The position numbers and the translations under genes are program-made. A stretch of DNA of 54,250 bases, taken from the NCBI GenBank assembly GCA_022813965.1, contig JALDZS010000159.1, positions 1 to 54,250 of the forward strand. Reading direction: 5' to 3'. A model generated the notes under the pieces. That model searched no databases and had not been told where the DNA came from. It was given only the letters and a program-made list of their open reading frames with translations. Each line of letters starts with the position of its first letter. The first letter of the stretch is position 1. This DNA is from Toensbergia leucococca. Its lineage: Eukaryota. Shown here piece by piece: positions 1 to 11,538 of this stretch.

Positions 1-246
1 ATAATAATGGTCTTGCTGAAGAACTCGGTCCCTTGTATCTCTTTGAAATCTTCTTTCCGAACTTTGGTATGAATTTTGGGTTTGTTGAATATGATTAGTT
101 TGGTTGTGACTGTTTTCATGGCTTTTTGTTGAGGTAAAAAATGGCGTTTGTGGTCGAGTAACTAGCTGAGTTGATGGCGGAGCAGTTGAGATACTGAGTT
201 CCTGCTGAGGTGGTTGGCCATCGTGATGCAACGGAAGGGTGTTCAT
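1..246 (-). CDS. Possible 5' part of an unknown Q/T/S/H-rich protein running off the window
   Basis: The frame is open from ATG at 246 to base 1 (MNTLPLHHDGQPPQQELSISTAPPSTQLVTRPQ...QDHYY). A TATATAAA box lies on the minus strand at ~476-483. No recognisable domain, and the true start may be in an upstream exon. Confidence 0.3.
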   Translation of the reverse strand, partial: MNTLPLHHDGQPPQQELSISTAPPSTQLVTRPQTPFFTSTKSHENSHNQTNHIQQTQNSYQSSERRFQRDTRDRVLQQDHYY

Positions 247-775
247 GTATTCTTGGATGTCTTCGGGCACGACAGGTTGTCAACCGTGTTCGATGCGATG
301 TTCGCCTCTCTTGGGTCTACCTTCTTGCAAGCTCTGTGATTCTCCAACTACTGATTGGCGATTGAAAGCGGTTTTGATAAAACTTGGAGCCATTTGGGTT
401 GATCGACTGGTAAACATTGCTAATAATGGGTTTTTACTGCATGGTTGAGAGAAAGTTGTGCAAAGAGGTTTGGACTTTATATAGGGGCGAAACCGTTATT
501 TTTTGGACACTGTATTATTCACGCTGCTGAGTTAATGTGCAATTCAAGTCATCTGCTAGAGAAATCTGGCAAAGGGCAGTGAAGCGAGGACGCATAATAT
601 TCAATTCTGATATACGTAAATGACTGAGACGGAGATCAGGCTGAGATATCTTTGCCACTTCAAGCCCCTTTCGGCAGGTAGACTGGAAGCGAGTTGCAAA
701 GATCTAGAGGTAAAAATCAGGATATACTTCCAGAAGCCTTTGGTGAAGCGATTCGCTAAAGAATTGGAAGGTTGG

Positions 776-1060
776 AAAAAAAAGCAAAAAGCTAGGACCG
801 AGCACATCTTGTGATGTGGTCGATCTTACGAAAACCCCGGTGGGGGTTTTGCTTCGTCGCGATCCAACTCGCCCAATCTAGTTCCCGAGTACACATGGTT
901 ATTCCTCCGCCCCCCAAATCTGGTTCCCGTATACGAAAGGAGGATTCGGTGGGTTTCGAACCCAGGCTCTTTGACCTGACTTCCTCGAAGAAGCTAGATC
1001 AAAGTTAGCGAGGGAAATGGGATAAGTTGAGTGTAGATCTTACCGCCAGAACCTGAGTGA
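776..1060 (-). ncRNA. Candidate structured non-coding RNA, Pol III-like or tRNA-derived/SINE-like
   Basis: On the minus strand: TATA-like TTTATAATT (~1074-1083), weak A-box-like TGGCGGTAAG (1048-1039), B-box/T-arm TGGGTTCGAAACCCA (964-950), several hairpins, and a terminal TTTTTGCTTTTTTTT (790-776). Confidence 0.35.
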
Positions 1061-1309
1061 AAGAAAAGGTCCAAATTATAAATATGTAGTATAACCACGC
1101 TTGGTAACAAGCTTTAGAAAGCACCACAACGCTCCCATTTCAAACACCTAGGCTCTAAGATATTTTTCTATCATGATACAGTAAATTTAGAGCAAGAAAA
1201 ATGAACGAGTTTTGCGTTGCAATGTTGGAGAGTTGCGGCAAAACTTCAAGTCCGAATATAAGACCCACCCACAACAATAGTGCAAATCTTCCACAGCATC
1301 AAGTTATTT

Positions 1310-1328
1310 CACACACACACACACACAC
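1310..1328. repeat. (CA)n microsatellite
   Basis: Visible cacacacacacacacacac run. Confidence 0.85.
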
Positions 1329-2537
1329 TCATAATACAGAGACGTTGACGCCACTACGCACAAAGGTAAGAGCACCACATCGACTAGACTGCATACCTTT
1401 GGGAGCCGCTTTGCAGAACAACCGGGAAATTAACACAATGTGAAACAATCTGCATGCGACATTACGAGCTTATTACATTGTGACAGAGATACGAATATGA
1501 AAGCTACCAAGAGGCTGATATCGGCGTTGACTTGCAGCTGACTTGGATTTAGCCGGGCCGATTTTCCTAAGAATACAGCAAGACAAGGGCAAGTACCCAG
1601 TATTTCGCGAGATGAGAAGACGCAACGAGTATTGAGCAGCATGGAGAAAGAATCCCTGCCTTTGAAAAACACAATAATCTGGATCCCATACAGAGTGGTC
1701 TTGGAGACGGGTTTCTTCATGTTTCCTATACATATGCGAGCTTAGCACGCCAGCATCGATCTCTCCAGTCAACCAGGATTCGTTTCTATCAGCGACGATG
1801 CCATAATTACTTTCGTTCAACGAAGCGTTAGGGATATGCATGCGTGATCATGGTATTTAATGTAACCCAGGTAGTTGTGACAAGACTGACTCCGCCGAGA
1901 GCTAGCGACACGCGCGGGTACAGCGATTGGACTGCCAAGCCAGCAAGGATGAACTGGGCGGAATAATCCTTAATCATTCATTATCCACGTTGCTGTGTAT
2001 CTCAGTAAAGATTGTCAGGCGTCCTAGCAGTCCGATGAACTAATTTTACCTCCAGTTCTAGACCAGGAGGGAGGCTCGAGGGAAGTCAGTGAAGCACAGC
2101 AAGAAGACCTTGAAGAGGCTCGACCCCACCTGCGATGGTCCTTCACCTCCAGATAACCAGCCACAGAAGATAGCAATATGCATGGAGATTCCAGAAAAGG
2201 CATGTCCGAATGCTGGTGATGAAGAGAGCAGCGAATGATGGGCAGCCGATGACTCGATGATGCAGGTGAATGAATTCCAGATATGAAGAAATCTAAACCT
2301 CGAATTCACTCGCATGCGTATTCATATCCAATCAGAGGAGCATGTGTCAATAGCAGAGTGAATGGGTGGGAGCTTTTCTCAATGGGCATGATTGATCCAA
2401 CAGTCTCATTTGCTACGGGTCAGCAGTTCGACGCTGTGTTACTTTCGCTTCGAGACTGCATGCCGCCTTGGCATCATGTCATTGGCTGCGTCAGATCTAA
2501 GCTAGGTAAGACGACCCTGACCCACATCATACTGTAC

Positions 2538-2543
2538 CACGTG
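2538..2543 (+). promoter_or_regulatory. CACGTG E-box, possible Pho4/NUC-1/PalcA site upstream of the GIT1-like gene
   Basis: CACGTG lies ~400 nt upstream of the ATG, with a CACGTT variant at 1986-1991. GIT1 is phosphate-regulated in yeasts, but the motif is short and common. Confidence 0.35.
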
Positions 2544-2943
2544 CCCTCACAACATCTAAGTGGAGAGGACTGCCGGCGACTTCCACCCATGAGGAGCTGG
2601 ACCGATGTCAGGATGACTTGAAAGGGCCATCAACATCTGTGGAGAAAAACGATACTCAATTGGACTTATGGAGTCATTAGTGAGAGATTCCAGTCCCAAT
2701 CTTTCGGGTAGCATCACCATCAGGGCTAGTCCTCGTAGAAGTGTGACACCGAATATGTTAGTGCCATGGTCCCTGACGATGTCTATGAGCTGCCTTATCA
2801 AGCTATCACTGGATAATGTCTGCCTACTTAAACCCCCCCCAGTCTCGCCAGCTTCTTTCTGCCTTGGAGCTACGGAGTAGTTGAAGCTTGATCTCAGCAC
2901 AAGTTCCTGTATCACCCATTATCACCAACTTACCTCTACGACG

Positions 2944-4702
2944 ATGAAATTCTCGCTGCGAGCCGACAAGGATGAGAAGGTTGATCATCTCCAAGAATCT
3001 CCCGACGGTGCTGTGGCTGCACCTCCCGCATACGATATACCTCTAGAAAATCTGGAGAAGAGCCGCTGGGAGCGCAGTTGGCCTACAATTGCTTGCGGCG
3101 CAGGTCTATTCTCCGACGGATATTTGAATGGGTAAGCTTTAAACTATGCGCTCCAAGCATGAGCTGACAATCGCCCTAATAGAGTCATTGGATCCGTCAA
3201 TACTTTGCTAAAAACAATCTACCCAAAACAATACGCCGATTCCACTGCTAGTCAAAATGTTTCTTCGATTGCCTTTGCCGGTACCATCGTCGGCCAGTTG
3301 GCTTTCGGCTACACCAGTGACCATTACTCTCGAAAGTGGTCTCTCTTGGTATCTACCTTCATCCTCATTCTCTTTGCCGCCCTTTGCGCTGGATCATACG
3401 GTTATCATGGGAGTATTGGGGGCATGTTCGCCGCTCTAACGGCCTATCGCTTCTTTCTCGGCATTGGCATAGGGTGAGGACAATTATTGAAGAGAAAAGT
3501 GCACCCAGCTGATGGGCGCATAGCGGAGAATATCCCGCCGGTAGCGTGGCGTGTGCCGAGAGCAGCGGCGAGCTTCAATCCGGACACCGAAATAGGTGGT
3601 TCATCATGTTTACGAATGTAATGATTGATGCCGGCTTTGTCGTAGCCGCCATTGTGCCCATGTTCTTAGTACTGATCTTTACCGACAATCATCTGCGAGC
3701 GGCATGGCGAGTTGCTCTAGGATTAGGCGTCATCCCTCCTTTGAGTCTGGTATGGCTACGAATCAAGCTCAAGGAACCCGAAGAGTTCAACCGCCAAACC
3801 ATGAAAAACACTCGCACACCTTGGATGCTGGTCATCAGGTCGGTATACCTCTACAGGGAACCCCTTATTGCAAGCTAATATTGCCTCGGCAGGTTCTATT
3901 GGTATCGTCTAATGCTCGTTTCCGTGATCTGGTTCATATATGACTTCCAATCCTACTCATTTGGTATCTATTCGTCTGCATGGATTGACATTATCATCGG
4001 ATCTGATGCACCGCTCTGGCAAACATTCGGCTGGAACACGTTAGTCAACGTATTCTATCTTCCAGGGGCCATCTTTGGTGCATTCCTCAGCGATTGGATA
4101 GGCCCACGGTATGCTTTGGCCATTGGCGTATTCGCACAAGGGGTTGTCGGATTCATCATGTCTGCAGCGTACCCGGAGCTAGACACTGCCAAGAATGTAG
4201 GCGGCTTTGTCGTGGTATATGGGTAACCTGCTCTTTAGCTCCTCTCCTATGGAAACACCTAGCTAACGACATACCCTTCAGCATCTTCCTCTCCCTCGGC
4301 GAAATGGGCCCAGGCGACAACATCGGCCTCGTAGCCGCCAAAACCAGCGCCACGTCTATCCGAGGCCAATACTACGCCATCGCCGCGGCCTGCGGCAAAA
4401 TTGGCGCCTTCGTCGGAACCTACGTCTTCCCGATTATACAAAAAAATGCCCCCGGTGGACCCGATGGTGTCCGTGCTGGTCAGGATCCATTTTTCGTCAG
4501 CTCGAGTTTGTGCATGTTGAGTGCGTTTTTAGCGCTATTTTTGCTACCGCATATCGGACAGGACACCATTACCGAGGAGGACATAAAGTTCCGCGCGTAT
4601 TTGGAGAGTAAAGGGTGGGATACGAGGCAGATGGGGAGTAAAGAGTATCAGATGGGTAATTCTAGTGTTGGGGAGAGTATTGATAAGGATATGGAGGCGT
4701 AG
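2944..4702 (+). CDS. GIT1: MFS glycerophosphoinositol/glycerophosphodiester permease (5 exons)
   Basis: Motifs GAGLFSDGYLNGVIG, GQLAFGYTSDHYSRK, RFFLGIGIGGEYPAGSVACAE, SLGEMGPGDNIGL, RGQYYAIAAACGKIGAFVG. Four GT-AG introns near 3132, 3474, 3839 and 4223 restore the frame. Confidence 0.9.
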
Positions 4703-5049
4703 AAATTTTGGTGTGGAAAGGGAGTTTGGATATCTTTATATGTTTTCTCTGGGCCATTGTTCATCGAGAATATTCCATGTGGAGGGCTGTAACAATTATT
4801 CTGTTTGGTTGTGTAAACTTTTGATGGGCATGACGAGGGTCGAGTGTTTGCAAGGAACGTAGAAAAACATGTCGCAATCCGTGGAGAGTATCACGAAATG
4901 GGAGTTTTATGGATTTGACTGAATCCATGCTCCATGGCCGTACATGCAGCCCTAAAAAGTCTGTTCATCTAAAATACTGAGGTAAAGCCGATAATGGCGA
5001 CAACCAACATCTTCATCGTAGTTCCTAATCGCTCAAAAGTCCATCTAAT

Positions 5050-6402
5050 ATGGACTCCCTCCCAGCTACGTATTCAGGTATCCTCCTCCAAAATTTCTCC
5101 CAGCTCAGCAAACTCCACTAACAACCTCAGACCCAATCCCCATCGCCGTAATCGGCGGCACCGGCCTCTCCACCCTCCCCTCCCCACCCTTCAAGCCCCT
5201 CGCCCTCCTCCCCCCACCCCCAACACCCTGGGGTCTTCCCTCTTCCCCCATCCTCGTCCTCTCCTACACCCACCCCGTCGACGGCACCTCCGAAAGCGCC
5301 AAATCAACCACCATCGCCTTCCTTTCCCGTCACGGCTTACATCACGAATTAGCCCCGCACGAGGTTCCGAGCCGTGCCAACATTGCCGCGTTGCGCAGAC
5401 TGGGAGTCCGATGCGTGGTTGCGTTCAGTGCGGTGGGGAGTTTGAGGGAGGAGATTAAGCCGAGGGATTTTGTGGTTGTGGATCAGATTTTGGATTGGAC
5501 TAAGGGGGTTGGTGTTTCCCCCCCCCCCGGCCCATTCTGAATTTTGCGCTTTTTACATGTGTGTCTCTTGTTGTGGGAGGAGAGTGAGAAGGCGGGAGTA
5601 GAGGAGGAGAAGGTATGCTTTGATTTGGCTGGCGAGAAGGGCTGATGATTGGGTGGTGTAAAGGTTCGACCATGGACTTTCTTTGAAGAGGGAGTGGTGG
5701 GACATGTGGGGTTTGCGGATCCGTTTGATCAGGGCCTAAGGGAGGTGATTGGCAAGGCGGTCGGGAAGGAGGGAGTACTGGAGGGTGAGGGTGTCAAGCT
5801 CCATGATGGCGGGACGGTGGTGTGTATCGGTACGTCCATATTCTCCCTACAGCAACGAATCCTCTTCTCTTCTCTCCATCCCCCATCTCACAAAGCAGAA
5901 AAATCCCCAACCCTCAACCCCTTACAACAAACCCAATCAACCAATCCAATCAACCTCACTTTCCCCCACCCCTTCACCACCCCCTCTAAAAAACCCCCCC
6001 AAAAATACAGAAGGACCCCAATTCTCCACCCGCGCCGAATCCCACCTCTACCGCGCCCTCTCCAGTAGCGTAATCAACATGTCCGTCCTCCCCGAAGCCA
6101 AGCTCGCCCGCGAAGCCGAACTCGCCTACGCCATGATCTGCATGTCCACCGACTACGACTGCTGGCACGCCAGCGGCGAGAGCGTCTCCGTCGAAATGGT
6201 CATGGGCCACATGGCCGCCAACGCGGGGAATGCGCAGCGGGTTGTCGAGGCCGTGCTGGTGGAGTTGGCGGAGGAGGGGAATGCGGGGGTTGTGTGGGGG
6301 AGGGAGTTGGTGGGGAGTGCGAAGATGGCGGCGGGGGTGTCGAAGGGGGGTGGGGGTTTGGGGAGGGAGAGGTTGGGATGGTTGTTTCCGGGGGAGTTTT
6401 AA
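5050..6402 (+). CDS. MEU1: S-methyl-5'-thioadenosine phosphorylase (4 exons)
   Basis: Spliced product: MDSLPATYSDPIPIAVIGGTG...AFLSRHG...PHEVPSRANIAALR...[35 protein letters not shown]...EGPQFSTRAESHLYR...INMSVLPEAKLAREAELAY...STDYDCW. Introns ~5078-5130, 5508-5662 and 5830-6010. Confidence 0.92.
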
Positions 6403-6948
6403 GCTGGCAGGGGACGTGGGGAGGGTTAGAAAAGGGAAGGGAGGGCAGGGTCTGTACCCGAGGAGTGGGATTTTGGGTTGGTATCAGTTGAGAGATTCTT
6501 GGTTCAATAGAAGAGTGTAGAGGGCACGATCTGATTTAAAATCACGGTCTTTCCGTGTCTGATACTGTGCTTGACAAGGGCTAGCGGCAGGCGAGCCTCA
6601 AAGGACGTCAGTGTATTAGACGACCTTGGGGTTTTTGGTCGAGATGGAGATGTGTCGATGATATTGGAATAGGCAACTTCAGCTGGGTACAATGTCACAG
6701 AGATCCAGCGACCTGAATTGGGCATGAGGGATACGAGTTGATATTAGCGTCTTGGGACCTTCCCGACCAGGCGTAGAAGATTCGACCTTTTGAGGAATTC
6801 TTAATGGACATTTGCGTCGTGGGACGTCAGGAGACCACTAGTAAAGTCCCGTTGTTCCGATCTTGGCCTATCGTCAGGATGATTCTGCACCAAAGCTGGC
6901 AGTCCGGTGGTACCTTTGATCCCTTCGTGCTGTGAGTAAACATCCATC

Positions 6949-8358
6949 TCAATCAAAAAGGACCTTCTTCCCCTGAAAAGCGGGGATTTTCTTTGCTTCC
7001 TTGGCTTTCTTCGCCGCCTCCCACGATGGATGCAAGGCACCCTCAACAGGTGCTGCTTTTCGCCCAGCACGCGCCTTGACCGGATCACTATTTGCTCCAC
7101 TACCCGCTCCTACACTCCTATTCCCCTGGAATCCCGACCTGTTTGAACCAGTGCCTCCACTTCGGCCATGGTCGCCTCTATCATTACTACCAATGGCGCC
7201 TTTTCGTGGATCCCAGCCTTGGTCTCTGTTTTCTTTTTTGAGGTGATTGGCATTCCGCCCAAACCTCTTCTCCCATAATTGCCGTCTGGCTTGCTGGCCC
7301 ATTCTGTTCTTCCTGGTTTGATGATCCTCGGCCTCGTCTTCGGGGGCAGATTCAGAGCCAGACCAGTAACCTCCCATCATGAGAGAGGGAAGAAATGTTG
7401 TGGACTTTGGCCTGCTGGACGTTACTTTTCCAGGTTTGGCTGTCAAAGATGGGAGCGGTGGTGTTTCGGGGGAATCTGAAGATGATGGGGAAAGTGACAG
7501 GTCTCTACGATGGTTATAGGTGTGTATCTTGGACGGGGTCCGAATTTTGTCTTCCTCTAGTTCGTCGCTGGAAGATATAGCAAGTCTTGAATTGTATAGA
7601 TCGTAATTTACGCCACCATCGTCGCTGTTGGTCATTTTATGAACCTCTTTCCGCCTGTCTAAGCTTGAAAACCCAGTCCATTCAGATCCGTCTTCATCTT
7701 CTGAAATTAAAGTCTCTTCGGAGATGCTTGGGGCCATTTGATCTTGTCTAGAAATGCTCTCTCTTGATTCGTACTCTGATGCTCTCAAACGCTTTTTTGG
7801 AACCAAAGCCCCGGTTTTCACACCAAGCGCTGCTTCAACATTGCTCATAACGTCCAACATGGAAGTCTTCACCGGGTTGGAGTTAAAAAGTCTTGCTTGA
7901 ACGTTTGCCTGAGCGACATTGTGTGGTTGATTGGAGAGTTTGACTTTTGCTGAAATGTAGTGTGGAAAAGTAGGGGCAGAGGCTATGCGCTTTGATTTGA
8001 GCAACGATTTGTATAGATGCAGCTTCGCGGTAAGGGCCAGGTCAAGGCTCTGAAAAACAAATATTTAGCATAGGAAACAGTCTAGACTAAGGGTAAGCAC
8101 CTTCAGGGCAATAACTTCAGCGTCCAATCGAACTGTTTCTTCGCCGGCGTTGTTTTCTTTCGCTGCCTTCTGCCGCCTACCCAGTTTCTGACGTTCAAAG
8201 CCCCGAGCTATTTTGAGTGATCGAAAGACTGCTTTCTTGCCATGCTCAAGTATATTTTCGAGATGCCCTGAATGGGAGCGCCCTGAGAGATCTAAGCTAA
8301 CGATGCTCTCATTTTCTACATGGACTTCGTCGTATTTGCGCTTAGGCATGCCGGGCAT
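6949..8358 (-). CDS. BUD22: BUD22/SRFB1-family ribosome biogenesis protein (2 exons)
   Basis: ARGFERQKLGRRQK in the N-terminus; STTFLPSLMMGGYWSGSES, RKNRMGQQARRQLWEKRFG and LHPSWEAAKKAKE...FQGKKVLFD in the C-terminus. One intron at ~8050-8100. Confidence 0.88.
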
Positions 8359-8735
8359 AGATATGACCCAACTTTTGAGCAGTTTGTATGGATTCAGCTC
8401 ATGGTTCGAAGACTTTCTCGGCGTGGATCGAAAGGGAAAGGGTGCGACATATTTTCAGCCCTGTGGGGAATCTTCTTGCCTATTCTATCCTAGTCCTATT
8501 CTAGAATAAGGTAACCTCCGCTCAGGCAGACGTCAGCTCTATCATGATCTCCTGGTAAAGACTTAGAACCAGGCTGCGGAGTAACACTCCCAACATTACT
8601 TACATTTATCAAAATTAGGCTTTCGAATATACCAAGATTAGTCTATTTGATGAATGATTTCCTGCTGAAGAGCTGCCCTACAACTTACGTCATTAGCCAT
8701 AGTTGCATATTCTATCAGGTCTTCCTTCTCTCAAC

Positions 8736-9970
8736 ATGACCCTTTCAATGAACATGGTCAAGGTGACGCTTGTCTTACTCAGTGCAGCTGGCTTCTATCT
8801 GATATGGTATCTGGTGCTCAACAATGGAACCAGCGAGCATATGGCTCACATCCGAGACGTTGGGCCTCGTTTACTCCCTGGCAGCGAAGCCCCTCTCAAA
8901 ACCTCATACACGGGTATTGCAGCATTGGACTATCAATTGACCGTTCTCACGCTTTTCTTCTGGGAGGCAGTGGACGGGAGTATGCCAAATGCCTCGCTTC
9001 AACTCTTTCATTTTGGAGGCCAGTGTGTCGCTGCTGTCGGTCTGCTACTAGTGGAGGGTCAGAGGTCTAGTCATGGATGGAATGTAATCACTTTGTAAGT
9101 GAGAGCGTGCTCATTATGAAACTAAAGACTCCCAGGAAAGGTCGAGCCCTGATAGCAAACAGTATCATGATCTGGAGTCTTGTCGCTCAGAATATAAGCT
9201 TTGCCGTCACTGTGCCATTATACCTAGCTCTTCACTTATCGACTTCCCCTACAGTTTCATCTCTGGACCCAACCGATTTTCACCTTGATCTCGACAAGGT
9301 CTGGAGCATCCCATATTCGATGACGCTAGGATTTATTTTACCTGCCATGCTGCTGTCGCTGCCTGCTCCATCAATTCTGACCTTTGATCAAAAACAAATT
9401 TTCATTGCCATTTGGCAGGCTTTCCCTCTTTGGGTCGAGTTGCTGCAGCAAGCCATCTCCTTTGTGACGACTCAGGATTTACGCAAGATTCCAAGCTTCA
9501 GTAAAAATGCAATCAATCAACAGTCTCTTAGTGCTGTGAGAGTAGTATATATATTTCTCCTCATCATCGCTGGCTTTACTCACATCTCCACGTTATCCAT
9601 CATGACAATTTCGAAGCTATTTCCCGGTCTCTTTGCAGCAGAGTACGCCGGGATTCTCAATCCTTCAATGGTATTCATGCCAGCCACTATATCCGCATCT
9701 ACGAAAATGCCCTCTAGTGGTGCTGGTGCTTTTCTCCTTTTCCAATATGATGAATTTGTCGGTTCTGCTGCCCTGGTCATTTGGGCCTCGGTACTGTTCG
9801 GAAGCACCAGCGCCAGAGTGAAAGCGCTTGACGGTTGGCCTACTTTGATGCTTCTGACTATTATCTCGACAATTCTGGTTGGTCCTGTAGGTTGTGCAGC
9901 CGCGCTCATCTGGGCTAGAGATGAGATGGTATTTAAAGAGAGTATCAAGGATGGCAAAAAGATTGATTGA
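8736..9970 (+). CDS. Multi-pass membrane protein resembling the IdtA(PaxA/AtmA)/AscI/CtvD-AurD family of membrane cyclases/epoxide hydrolases
   Basis: Motifs PLKTSYTGIAALDYQLTVLTLFFW, GFILPAMLLSLP, IAIWQAFPLW, FLLFQYD and GPVGCAAALIWARDE. Intron 9095-9162. Confidence 0.6.
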
Positions 9971-10625
9971 GCCAGTAAGCTATGGGTTGCAATTGTACAA
10001 CCAAGTTGTCATGATGATAGGACGATGCCTTACGTTCTCTCCTTACCAGACTCTATGAAATCTAAGACATTAGCATTGGTGTTTAGGAAAAGTAGCATCG
10101 TTAAGTCTTATGTTCCTATCCTGCCGAACTCTGTATCCGCTCTATCCCCCTTTCTGGCTAAACTTTTTAATCAAGGCAATTCATAGGGGGTTTTGAAGGT
10201 ACTTGGGTCCTCTTGTGAGTGCCTGTTGGTGTGTGATGGAACCAGTATGCTTGCGAATGAAAGTCATTTTCATTACCAGGGTAATGGAATACCACGATCA
10301 CTTCGAACAACCATCTAATGCCCCTTATAGTATGTGAAGGAGGTGATCCATCTTCTGCTTAGTATTATCTTCGGGCCGAGGTCCATCTAAATATCTTGTT
10401 TCTCTAGAGCTTCATTCACGGTTCGCTTCGAACATTGTACACCCCATCACAACACGACACAAGTTGGCGATCTTTCTTTCAAATCCAAGTTTTGCGACCC
10501 TGCCTTTGTCTATGATAATGTTATATCTTCTTCCGTTCACATAGTCCAAGCAAGAAGTAAACATCTTGTGCAGCTGTGTCCAATTTTTGCTCCTATCCCC
10601 TATTCAAGAATTCGGCCTGAACGAC

Positions 10626-11536
10626 ATGGCGAAAGGACAGCGAACAACAGGTATGTTTATTGCTTCTAGTTTCCTTGTTTTATTCTTACTTTGTAGTGTC
10701 AGCTCTGAGAGAGACTACATTTCCATTCACCAGGTTGGCTCCAGAAATACGCAACATGATATACAGATACGTTTTGCCTCTCTCAAAACCGTGCTACCTC
10801 GACGACCTGGTGTTTAAGATTGAACGGAAACGTAAGGATATAGCGATACTGCTCGTCAACCGTGAGATTCACAACGAGGCCTCGTCTATCTTGTACGCAA
10901 ATACTCCAGGTCTCATCTCAGTAGGATTCAGTCCAAACCCCACCCTTTCAAAAACTATTTTTAGGATTCAGCGAAGCTCCGGCGGAATACGTACCTTACG
11001 TAGCGGACACTTTGTTGACACTGCAACCTTCAGTGGAATGATGTACCCCCATATACTTGCTCGATTAGTAAGGATCGAGCTGAGAATTCAATGGTTCCGT
11101 GCGTGGGATCCAGATTGGCAATGTTGGGAATCAAATTCAGATCCCATGCCCCAATTAGCACTGCTGCTTCTGGATCTACTTGGCGCTCTTGGAACGAATA
11201 CAGATCTAGGGAAACATCTGTTACTGTTCGTAGTTGCACCTTATTGGTATGTCTCTGCTACTTGTGAGTAGTATTGGCTGATTTTGTTGACTGATGGATA
11301 TATTTAGCCCTATCCACGGCTATGAGCATCAGGACATTCACGCGGAGGAGGTTATCACCCACTTTACAAATTATCAGATTTTCAGAATCTTGCAGCGATT
11401 TCGATATGTACGTCGGGTCGGTTGGCAATGGGGAGAACATGGATTTTCGGAAGTGAACGTTAAGAAAATCAGGCAAGAGATGAGCAAAGATCATAGCCAA
11501 GATACCTACCAAGGTCATAGCCAAGATACCTTCTAA
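10626..11536 (+). CDS. Lineage-specific protein with an N-terminal F-box-like motif (3 exons)
   Basis: FPFTRLAPEIRNMIYRYVL...ILLVNREIHNEASSILY motif. Introns 10651-10696 and 11247-11307 join the ORFs in frame. Confidence 0.65.
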
Positions 11537-11538
11537 GG
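11491..11538 (+). repeat. 2 x 24-nt tandem duplication spanning the stop codon
   Basis: tcatagccaagatacctaccaagg followed by tcatagccaagataccttctaagg. Confidence 0.85.

Noticed and set aside
935..1060. Canonical tRNA or tRNA-Sec around GGTTCGAAACCC (4-bp T-stem preceded by a long hairpin)
   Set aside because: No matching acceptor stem, D-arm or anticodon arm can be built, and ascomycetes are not known to use Sec. Kept only as a generic ncRNA candidate.
939..1260. RNase P RNA on the plus strand (GGAGGATTCGGTG resembles CR-I)
   Set aside because: The other conserved regions are not recognisable and the downstream sequence is AT-rich with little apparent structure.
1201..2915. Short ORFs of 60-120 aa upstream of GIT1
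   Set aside because: They overlap on both strands, show no domain, and are consistent with chance ORFs in a long promoter region.
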